A DNA stretch of 64,000 bases from a virus (Duplodnaviria > Caudoviricetes), in IMG/VR virus record IMGVR_UViG_3300013121_000044, positions 64,001-128,000 of that record, one strand, 5' to 3'. The notes under the pieces were generated by a model, which was not told the origin of the DNA, searched no databases, and saw only the letters and a program-made list of their open reading frames with translations. The position numbers and the translations under genes were made by a program. This document shows, in pieces, positions 9,758 to 19,480 of this stretch (its first letter is position 1; the number at the start of each line of letters is the position of its first letter).

Positions 9758-12700
9758 GGACTTGGCCTCACGCGTTGACGCACCTTTTCACGGTACTCGT
9801 CCAGGACACGGTCCCAGTCTGCTCGCGTCTCCGGGTAGTCGGACGGCACACCGCGCGTGACCGAGGAGGGTTGAACGGTGGGAGGTTCGGTGTACCCCCG
9901 CTCCTCCGCCGAAGGCGGCGTGAGGTGATCCTCGCCCGTACCGGGCCCCGGGCGCAGCTTGAAGATCCGGTCGTAGAAGCCCGCCGTAGGGCGCGTCGTC
10001 GTGCCCACGCGGACGCGCGCCTCCCCTTGCGTCCCGGCGCGCTCGGTGACCGTGTCGGTGACGTTCTCCGTGGTGTAGGCGAAGTCGTACCGAACCTGCC
10101 CGACCTGCCCCACTTGCTGGAGGGTGCCGACGGGTTTACCGCCATGCCAGAAGCGGATGTACTCGTCCAAGGTGCAACAGGGACGGGCGCAGAGTCGCAT
10201 CGCCACGTCGTAACTCGCGAACGCGTCCGCGTAAACGTTCTCTCGCGGCGCAAACTCGCGGTTAGGGTCCAGGTTGGTCGTGACCGTGGTCTGCCCTTGG
10301 GACGAGAGGCCCGAAGCGGAGGCGGACTGTGCCGTCGTCGCGGGGGTCGGCTGACCTTGCTCAGACCCCGGCGTATCCGCGTCGGCGGCCTCCGCGCGTG
10401 CGGTGTCCCAGTTCCTCCGGTCTGCGTCGGCACCCTCCCCCATGCCACCCGCGAGAGCTTCCACCCCTGCGAAGTCGCCGCGCTCCAGGAGCGCCGCGAG
10501 ACGGGCCCCGCCACGCTCGCGCCGGAGCCGGTGGAGCGCTTGCTCGGCCGCACGAAGGCGCGCTTCGACAACGGCGACGGAGTCCCCGACAATTTCAACC
10601 GGCGCAGAACGCGGTCCGTCCGCGTAGCCCATGGCCTCGGTCCAACGAAAAGCGGCGCCCGAGAGCGTGGGGCGGCCTCCGTGGAGGAGCTGGGAGTAGA
10701 AGGACTCCGCTTGATTTTCGTCCTGAACCACTTCCCGGATCTCGGAGATGAGCTCGGCGGGGGCCGCCGTCACTCGCCCCGCGAACCGCAAGGCGTCGGC
10801 GCGCACGTCGGCCACGAACTCCGCGAAGGTGCGGCAGTAGCTGAGCTGGACCTGGGTCGAGAGGGAGGCGCCCCCGCTCGACACGGACCCCCGGTGCGCG
10901 AAGGACTGCACGTAAGCCGCCACGTGCATTCGCACCGCCATGGAGTCGAAGAGCATCGCGGGGAAGCCCGCGACGAGGTACGGGTGGAAGAAGAGGTTCG
11001 CCCCGCCGGAGCGCTGCGCGTACCGCTGACGCAAGAACTCCTGTTGCACGTAGAGGCGGAAGAGGGGCGCGAACGCGTCGCCTTCGTTCGTCGCGGCGGG
11101 CGCGAGCGCGTCGCCGTGCGGAGGTGCGCTGGTGGTCGTGGGCGGCACCCCGGTTTGACTCCCCGGAAGGGCCGTCGCCCCGCGCGGCGCAATCCGCGCC
11201 ACCGGGCGACTTACCACGGTCACAGGGGCCGTGGATCCGAACTGGGCGGGGGCGCCGCGCGCGAGGATCCCGGTAAGGCCCGCCGCCGACTCCTTCGTGA
11301 GCGTGACGTGGATGTGATCGAAGTGATCCATCTGCTCGGAGTTGGGGGCCTCTCGAAAGTGACGGAGCTTCCGCGCGCTCGCGCGCGTGGGTCGTCCGTT
11401 TCGCCACCCCCCAAAGGCCCCGCCGCTCCACGTGGTGCGCGCGTACGTGATGAAGGCGATGCCGAACGCCTCCGCGTTCTCGATCAACCAATTCGCGATC
11501 GGGGCGCCCACCTCCAGGTTCGCGCGGACGACGCCGTCCCGGCGGACCTTCGGGATCGTGAGGTCGAGGGCGCGGCCGGCCTGATGATCGTCCACCTTCG
11601 CCTCGGGGTCCGTGTAGACCTTCACGCGACGCGTCGGTCGGCTGAGGCCGATCGTGTGGTTGATGACACGTCGTCCCTGAGAGTCCGGGAGGAACTGGCG
11701 GCTGAACGTGCCCGGGAATTGGCGGTAGAGGAAGTCGCGGAACGCGATCGTGCCGCGCTGCGGCGGGATCTGGTTCCTCCCTCCCATCTCGCGATACGCC
11801 GTACTCTCGTAGACGGTATTCTGGGTGTCCCCCCTCGCCAGGACCTCCGGCGGCGGGATCCACCGGTAGGGGTAGTCGGGTCGCGCTTCCGGGCGGACCG
11901 CGTCGAGCACGGGCGCCTGTCGGCCGCCGCGACGATCAGGGCGGGCGGGGACGGCCACCAGGGGGGCGTCACGGACGGACGTGAGGGCCGTGATCGGCGT
12001 GGAAGGTCCGGGCGTCGTCACGACCGGCGTCGGGAGCGGAGGTGCGCGGTCCGCCCTGTTCGCGGGAGTGAGGGCCCCCGCCTGCGCGTTCGAGAACTGG
12101 CGGAGGAACTGGAACCACGGCGGGACCGCTGCGCGCGCCGTCACCGGCCCCTTGAAGTACTCCTCCGGCCAGATGAGGAGGTTCTTGCCGGACTCGGTGG
12201 GCCCCGACGCCTCACCGCCGGTCGACGACCCCACCTTGTGGTGCATGAGCGCGTCGGCTTCCTCGGGATAGCCCACGGTCAGGGCGTGGAGCATGGACTC
12301 CCGGTTCGGTCCGTCGGCGCGGAGGAGCTGTGTCATCACCGAATCGTTGACGTAGATGCGCGTGGGCTGACCGATGTAGTTCTCGTCGTAGGTCCACCCT
12401 CCCGCCGTGATCATCGAGGGGAAGATCACGTTGCAATGCGGCGGCACCGCGAAGAGGAACTGGGGCTTGGCAAAGTACTGCGCGAGACGGATCGGGGTCG
12501 TCGGGGAGACTCCGAGCTCGTGGCCCGTGCCGGGGGCGGGGCTCGGCGCGATGGAGATGCCGCGTGCCGCGTCCTGGGTCGACCGCTGGTCCACCAGGGG
12601 CGTGTCGTAGCGGGGAGCCCCGATGATCCGTCCGTCCACCGGGTTGCCGCCCCCGGAGGTGTCGCCGAGCTGGACGAGGACCGAACACGGGTTCGGCACC

Positions 12701-13626
12701 ATGCCAACCTCCATGTACACCAGACCGAGGGTCTGTTGGACGAGGTTCCAGACTGGCCCCGCATTCCCCACCTGGGACGCGACGTGTCGCTGCATCGCGT
12801 TGAGCGCTTCCAGGTTCCGCGCCGCATTGAAGATCGGGAAGACGCCGACGCGTGCCGCGAGCCGTGAAGGGTCTTCCAGAATCGGCAGGCGTACGAAGCG
12901 GTTATGGAGCTTGGTCTTCTTCACGTGCCGCGCGAAGAAGTTCATCATCGGCACGGCCCGGCGCTCGTTCGGCACCGAGGCAGAGATCACCCCTTTGACG
13001 GGGTTATAGACAAACTCGTAAGGCGCCTGGATGGGCGTCGCGTTGGCGGGCGCCCCCTCGTCCGGATTGGCGTTGCCCCCCGTTGCGGCCTCCCCGCTCC
13101 GTGGGGTTGCCGCCTCGATCTGCGACGCTGTGGAGAGGAGTTCCTGATGGTAGAGGGCGTAGGGGTAGATCAAACCCGGCGTCGAGAAGCCTTGCGCGAC
13201 CGTGTCAGGGGAACGGGACGCGATGATATCGTCCACGTTCGTCATGTAGTGGAAGTAGAGCTGCTGGTAGAGGTGGATGTGGGCCGCGCACGTGAAGGAC
13301 ATCGTGCGCGCGCCCACGGCGTTCGAGTACGCCCAACCGATGATCTCCCCGTCGGCCAGGAGTCGAAACTCGGGCTTCTCCGGGTCGTACCATGCGTCGA
13401 GATAGAAGAGCTGCACCGGGACACGATCCTCGTGACCGAGACGCGAGATGAGCACGTCGGGCAAGAGGTGAATGCGGAACGTGGGGATCTGCCAGACGGC
13501 GGACTCGACCTCGAACCCCAGGATGGGCACTTCGATGCCGTTGATGTAGCAGACCCAAGCTCCCTGGTAGAACGGGTTGTCCGAAGGGACTCCAGGGCTA
13601 CGCGCGGCCGAGGGGTCAAAGGGCAT
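9754..13626 (-). CDS. Baseplate hub-like tail protein with inserted M15/LAS-type peptidase domain
   Basis: N-terminal YINGIEVP and PPHCNVIFP hub-like motifs; internal DDHQAGRALD...HFDHIHV Zn-peptidase signature at about 11290-11850. Confidence 0.65.
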   Translation of the reverse strand: MPFDPSAARSPGVPSDNPFYQGAWVCYINGIEVPILGFEVESAVWQIPTFRIHLLPDVLISRLGHEDRVPVQLFYLDAWYDPEKPEFRLLADGEIIGWAYSNAVGARTMSFTCAAHIHLYQQLYFHYMTNVDDIIASRSPDTVAQGFSTPGLIYPYALYHQELLSTASQIEAATPRSGEAATGGNANPDEGAPANATPIQAPYEFVYNPVKGVISASVPNERRAVPMMNFFARHVKKTKLHNRFVRLPILEDPSRLAARVGVFPIFNAARNLEALNAMQRHVASQVGNAGPVWNLVQQTLGLVYMEVGMVPNPCSVLVQLGDTSGGGNPVDGRIIGAPRYDTPLVDQRSTQDAARGISIAPSPAPGTGHELGVSPTTPIRLAQYFAKPQFLFAVPPHCNVIFPSMITAGGWTYDENYIGQPTRIYVNDSVMTQLLRADGPNRESMLHALTVGYPEEADALMHHKVGSSTGGEASGPTESGKNLLIWPEEYFKGPVTARAAVPPWFQFLRQFSNAQAGALTPANRADRAPPLPTPVVTTPGPSTPITALTSVRDAPLVAVPARPDRRGGRQAPVLDAVRPEARPDYPYRWIPPPEVLARGDTQNTVYESTAYREMGGRNQIPPQRGTIAFRDFLYRQFPGTFSRQFLPDSQGRRVINHTIGLSRPTRRVKVYTDPEAKVDDHQAGRALDLTIPKVRRDGVVRANLEVGAPIANWLIENAEAFGIAFITYARTTWSGGAFGGWRNGRPTRASARKLRHFREAPNSEQMDHFDHIHVTLTKESAAGLTGILARGAPAQFGSTAPVTVVSRPVARIAPRGATALPGSQTGVPPTTTSAPPHGDALAPAATNEGDAFAPLFRLYVQQEFLRQRYAQRSGGANLFFHPYLVAGFPAMLFDSMAVRMHVAAYVQSFAHRGSVSSGGASLSTQVQLSYCRTFAEFVADVRADALRFAGRVTAAPAELISEIREVVQDENQAESFYSQLLHGGRPTLSGAAFRWTEAMGYADGPRSAPVEIVGDSVAVVEARLRAAEQALHRLRRERGGARLAALLERGDFAGVEALAGGMGEGADADRRNWDTARAEAADADTPGSEQGQPTPATTAQSASASGLSSQGQTTVTTNLDPNREFAPRENVYADAFASYDVAMRLCARPCCTLDEYIRFWHGGKPVGTLQQVGQVGQVRYDFAYTTENVTDTVTERAGTQGEARVRVGTTTRPTAGFYDRIFKLRPGPGTGEDHLTPPSAEERGYTEPPTVQPSSVTRGVPSDYPETRADWDRVLDEYREKVRQRVRPSP
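10403..10537. repeat. 135-bp perfect direct repeat, copy 1 (in hub gene)
   Basis: Identical by eye to 16176-16310. Confidence 0.9.
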
Positions 13627-14680
13627 GGTGTCCCTCGATGGCGTAAAGGAGGAGCAGGCAAAGGGCGCCTGCGCGCTCTACGACGTGTCCCGAACGCCAT
13701 GCTTCGTCGAGGGTCTCCCGCTCTTCCGGCGACGCCCCCGTCGCGAGGAGCGCGCCCCACAAGGGGGCCGCCGCCGTGACGAAGGCACGCAGGGCCCCAT
13801 CTCCGGGGTCGTCCTCGGGGGAGAGCGCCACGGCTGTACGGCGTACAGACCCAGGCGCGAGCTGCCCGATCGTGGAGCGCAGGAGCACCCGCCGCAGCGC
13901 CGTGCCGAGGGGCGGGGAAGAGGCGCGCGGACGGAGGTGGTTCGCCGCCAGTTGCCGCGCGGCCTCCGCCACAGGATCGACGAGAGGCTCGTGGCCCGAA
14001 GACGCAACGGAGGGGCTCGGCGGTTTCTCGCCGACGGTCAGTACGTAGTCGTAAGCGCTCGCGTAGGTGTACCCGGCGAAGGTCACGCGCGGGCGCGCTC
14101 GTACCGTGACTTGCGCCCCCCAGCGAAAGCCCCGGCGCGGTTGTACTCCGGCGTAGGCCCGCGTTCCGGAACCGCCTGAGGTGCCCTCGAAATGAGGCCG
14201 CGTCACGACGCCCTCGACCACGGCGGACAGATCGTCAATCACGAGGTCCACACCGGCCGGCGTACCTGACGAGAAGTCGAAGGAGGCGTAGATTGTGGGG
14301 CGGCGTGAAACTCCGGATTGCCCGGCGCGGGGCGCGAAGACAGCGGGCGTTACGGAGACCACGGCGAAGCGGCCCGTCGCCGACACGCTTCCCTCGGTGT
14401 CTACGTATTCGATTTCCCAAACACGTGCACCCGTGGGCCAGCCCCCCGTACGTTCGAGCGTCGCAGCGACCCGCGACGACGTGTTCGAGAGGGTGACCAC
14501 GTAAGGCGGCGTCATCGTGAGAAGCCCTCCGGACCACGTCGCGATGGGCGCTCCGTCGACGCGCCACGTAAGTTCCCGCTTGGGTGTGCCCGGCGTGGTG
14601 TTGAACTCGGTGGTCACAACAGTGCCCGTGCTGACAATCGTCAAACTCGGCGGCGACGACGAACGAAGAGTGGCCGTCAC
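13616..14680 (-). CDS. Hypothetical structural protein (beta-rich, Ig-like)
   Basis: 354 aa, overlaps both neighbours in the tail operon. Confidence 0.5.
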   Translation of the reverse strand: MTATLRSSSPPSLTIVSTGTVVTTEFNTTPGTPKRELTWRVDGAPIATWSGGLLTMTPPYVVTLSNTSSRVAATLERTGGWPTGARVWEIEYVDTEGSVSATGRFAVVSVTPAVFAPRAGQSGVSRRPTIYASFDFSSGTPAGVDLVIDDLSAVVEGVVTRPHFEGTSGGSGTRAYAGVQPRRGFRWGAQVTVRARPRVTFAGYTYASAYDYVLTVGEKPPSPSVASSGHEPLVDPVAEAARQLAANHLRPRASSPPLGTALRRVLLRSTIGQLAPGSVRRTAVALSPEDDPGDGALRAFVTAAAPLWGALLATGASPEERETLDEAWRSGHVVERAGALCLLLLYAIEGHHAL

Positions 14681-15627
14681 CGGGACACCAGAACGTTGGG
14701 GGTGTAATTCAGCGTCTCGGGAGTCGGCATGCTCGCAGCGGCCGGTGCGGCGGGAGTCGGAGCACGGAATACAACAGGAGCGTCGTCCCCCTCGATCGTC
14801 GCGGGGACTTCTCGCACGCGTGCGTCTTCCTCGGGTCGAACTTCGTCGGCGTCGGGCGGGGCGTGGAAAACCACGGCGACGGCGGAGCGGTCGACCTGGA
14901 GTCGCACGTCAGCGGGCACCGCGTTCAGGTCCGTCGCGAAGGGCGTTCCGACGGAGGTGGGCCTCCAGCCGACGGTGTAGTTCGTGATCGCGATTTTTTT
15001 GATGAGGAAGCGAAACGAGAAAGGAACGATGACCTCCATCGCGCCGGAAAGCGAGAGCTCCAGGTCGAGCATGGCCCCGGTGAAGATGTAGCTGTCGATC
15101 TTGATGCTGGCGGCCTTCTGACGCGCGGCGAGTTTTGACGCGCGGAGGACTTCCAAATAGAGCCTCAGGAAGTTCGTCGCCTGATCGTCCTGTACCGTGT
15201 TGAGGAGGGCCCCCTGAAAGGTGGCAATCGGAGGGGACCCCCCGAACGTGTAGAGGACGTAGTTGTCCGCGAGGCTCTGCGCGATCTGTGTGTTCTCGGC
15301 GAAGCCGAGGCGCATCTGTTGAACGAGGTAGTCGACGTAGCCACGTGCGCCACGCGGATCTCCCGCGAGGCGCGGGAGGAGTTGCGTGCGCACGTGGGCG
15401 TCCGCGATGGAGGGTCCGAAGAGGTTCGTGAGCTCTTCGTCCGTCACGCGCACGAAGATCCGAGCGAGGGTGTCCCGGTAGAGGTCGGAGCGGAAGCCTC
15501 GATTCTTGGCGTACTTGGGAGTCGCGCCTTGGATCCACTCGGCGAAAGTTCCCCCGGCTCCCGCGCCCGGGGAGTAAAGGGGGGAAGGCCCCGGCCGGTC
15601 TCGTCCCGGTGCGTAGACCGAAGTCAC
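14677..15627 (-). CDS. Tail tube-initiator / baseplate-associated protein
   Basis: YTFGGSPPIATFQGALLNT motif; position just downstream of the tape measure gene. Confidence 0.5.
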   Translation of the reverse strand: MTSVYAPGRDRPGPSPLYSPGAGAGGTFAEWIQGATPKYAKNRGFRSDLYRDTLARIFVRVTDEELTNLFGPSIADAHVRTQLLPRLAGDPRGARGYVDYLVQQMRLGFAENTQIAQSLADNYVLYTFGGSPPIATFQGALLNTVQDDQATNFLRLYLEVLRASKLAARQKAASIKIDSYIFTGAMLDLELSLSGAMEVIVPFSFRFLIKKIAITNYTVGWRPTSVGTPFATDLNAVPADVRLQVDRSAVAVVFHAPPDADEVRPEEDARVREVPATIEGDDAPVVFRAPTPAAPAAASMPTPETLNYTPNVLVSR

Positions 15628-15821
15628 GGAACCCTCGCGCGTCGGTAGAGGTCAAGCGCACCTCGCCGAACTACCACCGCGAGCGCGAGGCGGTAGAGCG
15701 AGGGACCCTCGGCCACCGGCTCGACTCCCACCCGCAACGCAGAGACGTTCGCCTCGTGACGTTCCAAGGCGACGCGGAGGGCGGTAGCGGGGACACGCCT
15801 TCGGGGAGTTCCGTCGATCAT
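15624..15821 (-). CDS. Small hypothetical protein
   Basis: 65 aa, 4-bp overlaps with both neighbours. Confidence 0.5.
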   Translation of the reverse strand: MIDGTPRRRVPATALRVALERHEANVSALRVGVEPVAEGPSLYRLALAVVVRRGALDLYRRARVP

Positions 15822-18800
15822 TGACCTACTAGAGACGTTAGCGCCCCCGCCACGGTGGAGTTTCGGAGGTTTTCGCTGGTCTCCTTGAGATCGCGCGCGG
15901 CCTCCAGAAGCGCATCCGAGGCGCGGCCGATGCCCGCCCCTTCCATCTCACTCTGCGTCCCCGCGCTCTCCCTCGCGCCGAGGGCGGCTTCACGCTCGGC
16001 CCCGGATCGAGGCGTGAGGCCCGCCATGACGGCGCGCTCGCGCATCGAATCGACGAAGCTGTGGGCGGCGGAGCCTACGCGCTCCCGGAAGGAACGGCTC
16101 AGGTTCGCGAACGGGAGCTGGGCCGCGAGCAAGTTCGCACCCCCCTCGATCACGCGTCGCCGCGTGGAGTGCTCCGTGTCCCAGTTCCTCCGGTCTGCGT
16201 CGGCACCCTCCCCCATGCCACCCGCGAGAGCTTCCACCCCTGCGAAGTCGCCGCGCTCCAGGAGCGCCGCGAGACGGGCCCCGCCACGCTCGCGCCGGAG
16301 CCGGTGGAGCTGATCCGGGGAGAGGCCCTCCAGCGCCCGGCGCACGCCGTCGCGGTCGGACCCTTGCACGTCGCGCAGGGCGTCGCCGAGCACACCCCCC
16401 TGTCGGGCCATCATGGAGAAACCTGTCGCCGCCGCGCGACGCGCCTTCTCGTTGATGCGCGTCTCCTCCGCCCCGCCCATCCGATCGAGGAGCGTCGCGC
16501 TGTCGCCTTCGAGCATCCCGCGCGCGGCGGCGAGGACGCGCTCGTTCCCCTCGTAGCGCGCCCCGAGCGTTCCCGCGCGGCGTGCGATCTGCGCCTGCTC
16601 CGCGTCGCTGAACCCCGACAGGATTCGCGCGCGTGCCGCGTCCGCGCTCTCCCGCTCCGCCGAGGTGCCGCCTGGACGAAGAGCTCGGAGAGCCGCCAGG
16701 GCCCCCACCGCGCGGCGGCTCCGTTCGTAACCCGCCGTGCCTTCGCGCCCGAGGCCCCGCGCCTCGTCCATCACGGTGTCATAACCCTCGCGACCTTCAG
16801 CCCCCGCGTGCCCCAGGACACGACCGTACGCCGTACGGACGGCGGCCTGTCCCGCCTCGGTGTCCCCCGCCGAGTCTCGGAGGCTCCGCTGCGTGTGCTC
16901 CCAGGAACGACGCTCCTCCGCCGTCATGCCCCGCGATTCGAGATCCGCCCCCACGGCCGTGGCGATCGCGCCGCGCTGTGTGCGCCAGTTTGTGCGGATC
17001 TGCTCCTCGTCCATACCGCGCCGTCGCATGACGTTCCGATATCTCTCGTAGATCTCGCTACCTTCCATGCCTCGCGTACCAACGAGGAGGGGCGCCAGCG
17101 TGCCCCCGGCTCCGCCCGGAACGAAGAGGGACGCCCCTCCGATCATGTCGACCTTATTGCCGCGCGAGCCGAAATCGTTCGCCATTCGACTGAGACTCGT
17201 GGACACGTCCGAAAGCCCTGCACCACCTCCGAAGAGTTCTCCCACGCGGCCCATCGCCGCCCGCCGTTGCGCCTCCGTCGCCCCCACCACGTCTGACGCG
17301 AACCCGGCGCCCGACTGAATCGTGTAGCGCTGACGCTGACGCTCCGTCGCGTCGTCGGTGAGGAGTCGTCCGGCGGCGACGAAGCCCGCCCCGAGTCCGC
17401 TCGCACCGTGCAGTTGAGCATAGCGATAACCCGTACTCACCCGGTCGAATACATCTTCGGGCGCGTCCGTGTGGGGCTGTCGCGCGACGTAGTTTGCGTA
17501 GCTCGCGGTCCGGTACGCGCCGCGCACACGGCGACGCCCCTCCTCACTTTCATCCCCGCCGTAAAGGCCGTGCGCTTCCTCCCCGCCGAAAGCGCCGCTC
17601 AGGTTTACGCCGAGATGATGGATGCCTCCCCGCATGGCGCGACCGGCGCGGCCCGCCCATGTCTGCCGGTAGAGCGTCCCCAGCACGCTCGGGTCCCCCT
17701 CCTCGTAGTTTCGGTCGGCCACGGCGCGCGCCTCGCGCTGGTCGGTGGCGAGCTGGGCGCGCTGCGTAGACCAGTACGCGCCGCTGCCCATCTCCGTCGC
17801 GCGTGCGAGGGCCTGCGTCCGATCCATGCCGAGCGCCTGCGCCGCCGTCAGGAACCCCTGCGAGCCGCCCATGCCCATCTGCCGCGCCAGGGAGAGAACC
17901 TGTCGGTCTTCCATGTTCCGCTGCGCGAAGGGACCTTGGGCTTGGATCATCCGCCCCAAGGAGTCTTGCAGCATGGGTTGCATCGCCACCGCCATGCCGA
18001 GCCCTCCGACGCCGAGACGTTCCGTCATCCCCGTGAGTACGTTCGACCCGCGCCCCGTCATGCTGAAGAGGTCCGAACGGCCGGAGAGCATGTTCTGGAT
18101 CGCCCCGGCGTTGAGCCCGCCTCCCGTGCTCATCGCCCCGGGAGTAACCATCGGGAGCTGAAGGAGCGCCCCCGAGAACATGGTGTTCAGCGTGCCGAGC
18201 CCCTGCGCGCCGCCCGTGAGGGCCGCCATCTGGGGCGAGAGCGTCCCCCGGTTGATGGACGAAGCCGCCTGGGCGTAGTTGCCCATCCCGACCTGGAAAC
18301 CGAGCCCCTGGGTGAGGCCCATGGACTGGAAGGCCGAGGAGCCCATCGCCCCACCGATCTCCGCGAGGCCCTGGAAGGTCGTTCCCGCCATGCGCGCGAA
18401 GGAGCGCCCTGCTGACACGGCCGCCGTCGTCTCGTGGAGATTCAGGCCCGACGCGCGGAGAGATCCCATCGTCTGGATCGCACGCACCACGTCCGGCTCG
18501 CGCGCCAGCTCCATGAAGGCCGAGAGGCTCCGCGCCACGTCGCGGACGCGACTTGTCATCTGGTCCGGAGACCCGACGCCGGTCATGAGCCCGGCTTCGG
18601 AAGCTCCCTGGGTCACCTTGAAAAGGTCTTGCTGATTGAAGCGATCCCTCGTCTCTCGCCGGAAGGAAGAGGATCCGGCCAGGGCCGTGATGCCCCGTGA
18701 CGCCTCCAGCGATGCGTGGTGAGAGAACCCCTGGCCCCCGGCGTGGAGGTGCGGGCCACCGGAGACGAAGCCGCGCGACAGGTGTTCGAGGCCAGCCGCG

Positions 18801-19471
18801 CCCCCGTACTCCGCGAGACGCGGCGAGGTCACCCACGATCCGTAGAGATTTTGTGCGCCTTGCCCCATGCCCGAGAGCTCGGAGCCGAGGAGCCCGGCCA
18901 CGGCTCCCGCCGCCATGCCCCATGCCCCGAAGCGGCGCCCCATCATCGCGCCTGCGCCAGCCGCCGTGAGGCCCGCTGCGGCACGAGCGCCGACCCCTTG
19001 CGCGCCCTGGCCGATCACCCAGGCGCGATCCTGCGCGGCTTGCGCCTGCGCGAGCTGACCGCCGTACGGCGTATCGAAGGCAGAAGGAGGCGGCGCAGGC
19101 GCGAAGGGCACTGCGCCCGTTCCCTGGAATCCGGCGTAGGCCGGAGGAGGGTTGGGCGCGTATGGCGTGAAGGGCGAAGGGGTCCCACGGAACGCGCCGT
19201 AGGCCGAGAGGCCCGCGTAGGGGTTCTGCGCGGCGTAGGGGTTGTAGGGCGCGGAGGGGTTGATGGGCGCCATCACCCCCGTGGGCCCTTGGAAGATCGG
19301 GGGCGTACCTACGGCGGTCTGGTAGGTCTGGGACGGGAAGAAGGATCCGAACGCGCCGACCCCTCCCTGCGTGGCGATCGCCGCTGAGATCTGGCCCGGG
19401 AAGACGACCTGCGGAGCGGGGAGGAGGCCCGCTTGTGCCTGCATGGAGTTGTAGGAGAAGAGCGGGTCCAC
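15818..19471 (-). CDS. Tape measure protein
   Basis: 1217 aa, Ala/Gly-rich and helical, directly downstream of the frameshifting chaperone pair. Confidence 0.8.
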   Translation of the reverse strand: MDPLFSYNSMQAQAGLLPAPQVVFPGQISAAIATQGGVGAFGSFFPSQTYQTAVGTPPIFQGPTGVMAPINPSAPYNPYAAQNPYAGLSAYGAFRGTPSPFTPYAPNPPPAYAGFQGTGAVPFAPAPPPSAFDTPYGGQLAQAQAAQDRAWVIGQGAQGVGARAAAGLTAAGAGAMMGRRFGAWGMAAGAVAGLLGSELSGMGQGAQNLYGSWVTSPRLAEYGGAAGLEHLSRGFVSGGPHLHAGGQGFSHHASLEASRGITALAGSSSFRRETRDRFNQQDLFKVTQGASEAGLMTGVGSPDQMTSRVRDVARSLSAFMELAREPDVVRAIQTMGSLRASGLNLHETTAAVSAGRSFARMAGTTFQGLAEIGGAMGSSAFQSMGLTQGLGFQVGMGNYAQAASSINRGTLSPQMAALTGGAQGLGTLNTMFSGALLQLPMVTPGAMSTGGGLNAGAIQNMLSGRSDLFSMTGRGSNVLTGMTERLGVGGLGMAVAMQPMLQDSLGRMIQAQGPFAQRNMEDRQVLSLARQMGMGGSQGFLTAAQALGMDRTQALARATEMGSGAYWSTQRAQLATDQREARAVADRNYEEGDPSVLGTLYRQTWAGRAGRAMRGGIHHLGVNLSGAFGGEEAHGLYGGDESEEGRRRVRGAYRTASYANYVARQPHTDAPEDVFDRVSTGYRYAQLHGASGLGAGFVAAGRLLTDDATERQRQRYTIQSGAGFASDVVGATEAQRRAAMGRVGELFGGGAGLSDVSTSLSRMANDFGSRGNKVDMIGGASLFVPGGAGGTLAPLLVGTRGMEGSEIYERYRNVMRRRGMDEEQIRTNWRTQRGAIATAVGADLESRGMTAEERRSWEHTQRSLRDSAGDTEAGQAAVRTAYGRVLGHAGAEGREGYDTVMDEARGLGREGTAGYERSRRAVGALAALRALRPGGTSAERESADAARARILSGFSDAEQAQIARRAGTLGARYEGNERVLAAARGMLEGDSATLLDRMGGAEETRINEKARRAAATGFSMMARQGGVLGDALRDVQGSDRDGVRRALEGLSPDQLHRLRRERGGARLAALLERGDFAGVEALAGGMGEGADADRRNWDTEHSTRRRVIEGGANLLAAQLPFANLSRSFRERVGSAAHSFVDSMRERAVMAGLTPRSGAEREAALGARESAGTQSEMEGAGIGRASDALLEAARDLKETSENLRNSTVAGALTSLVGQ
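16176..16310. repeat. 135-bp perfect direct repeat, copy 2 (in tape measure gene)
   Basis: Identical by eye to 10403-10537. Confidence 0.9.
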
Positions 19472-19480
19472 GCGGAAAGG

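Noticed and set aside
10403-16310. DGR template/variable repeat pair
   Set aside because: The copies are identical with no adenine-specific mismatches, both are mid-gene, and no reverse transcriptase is present in the window.
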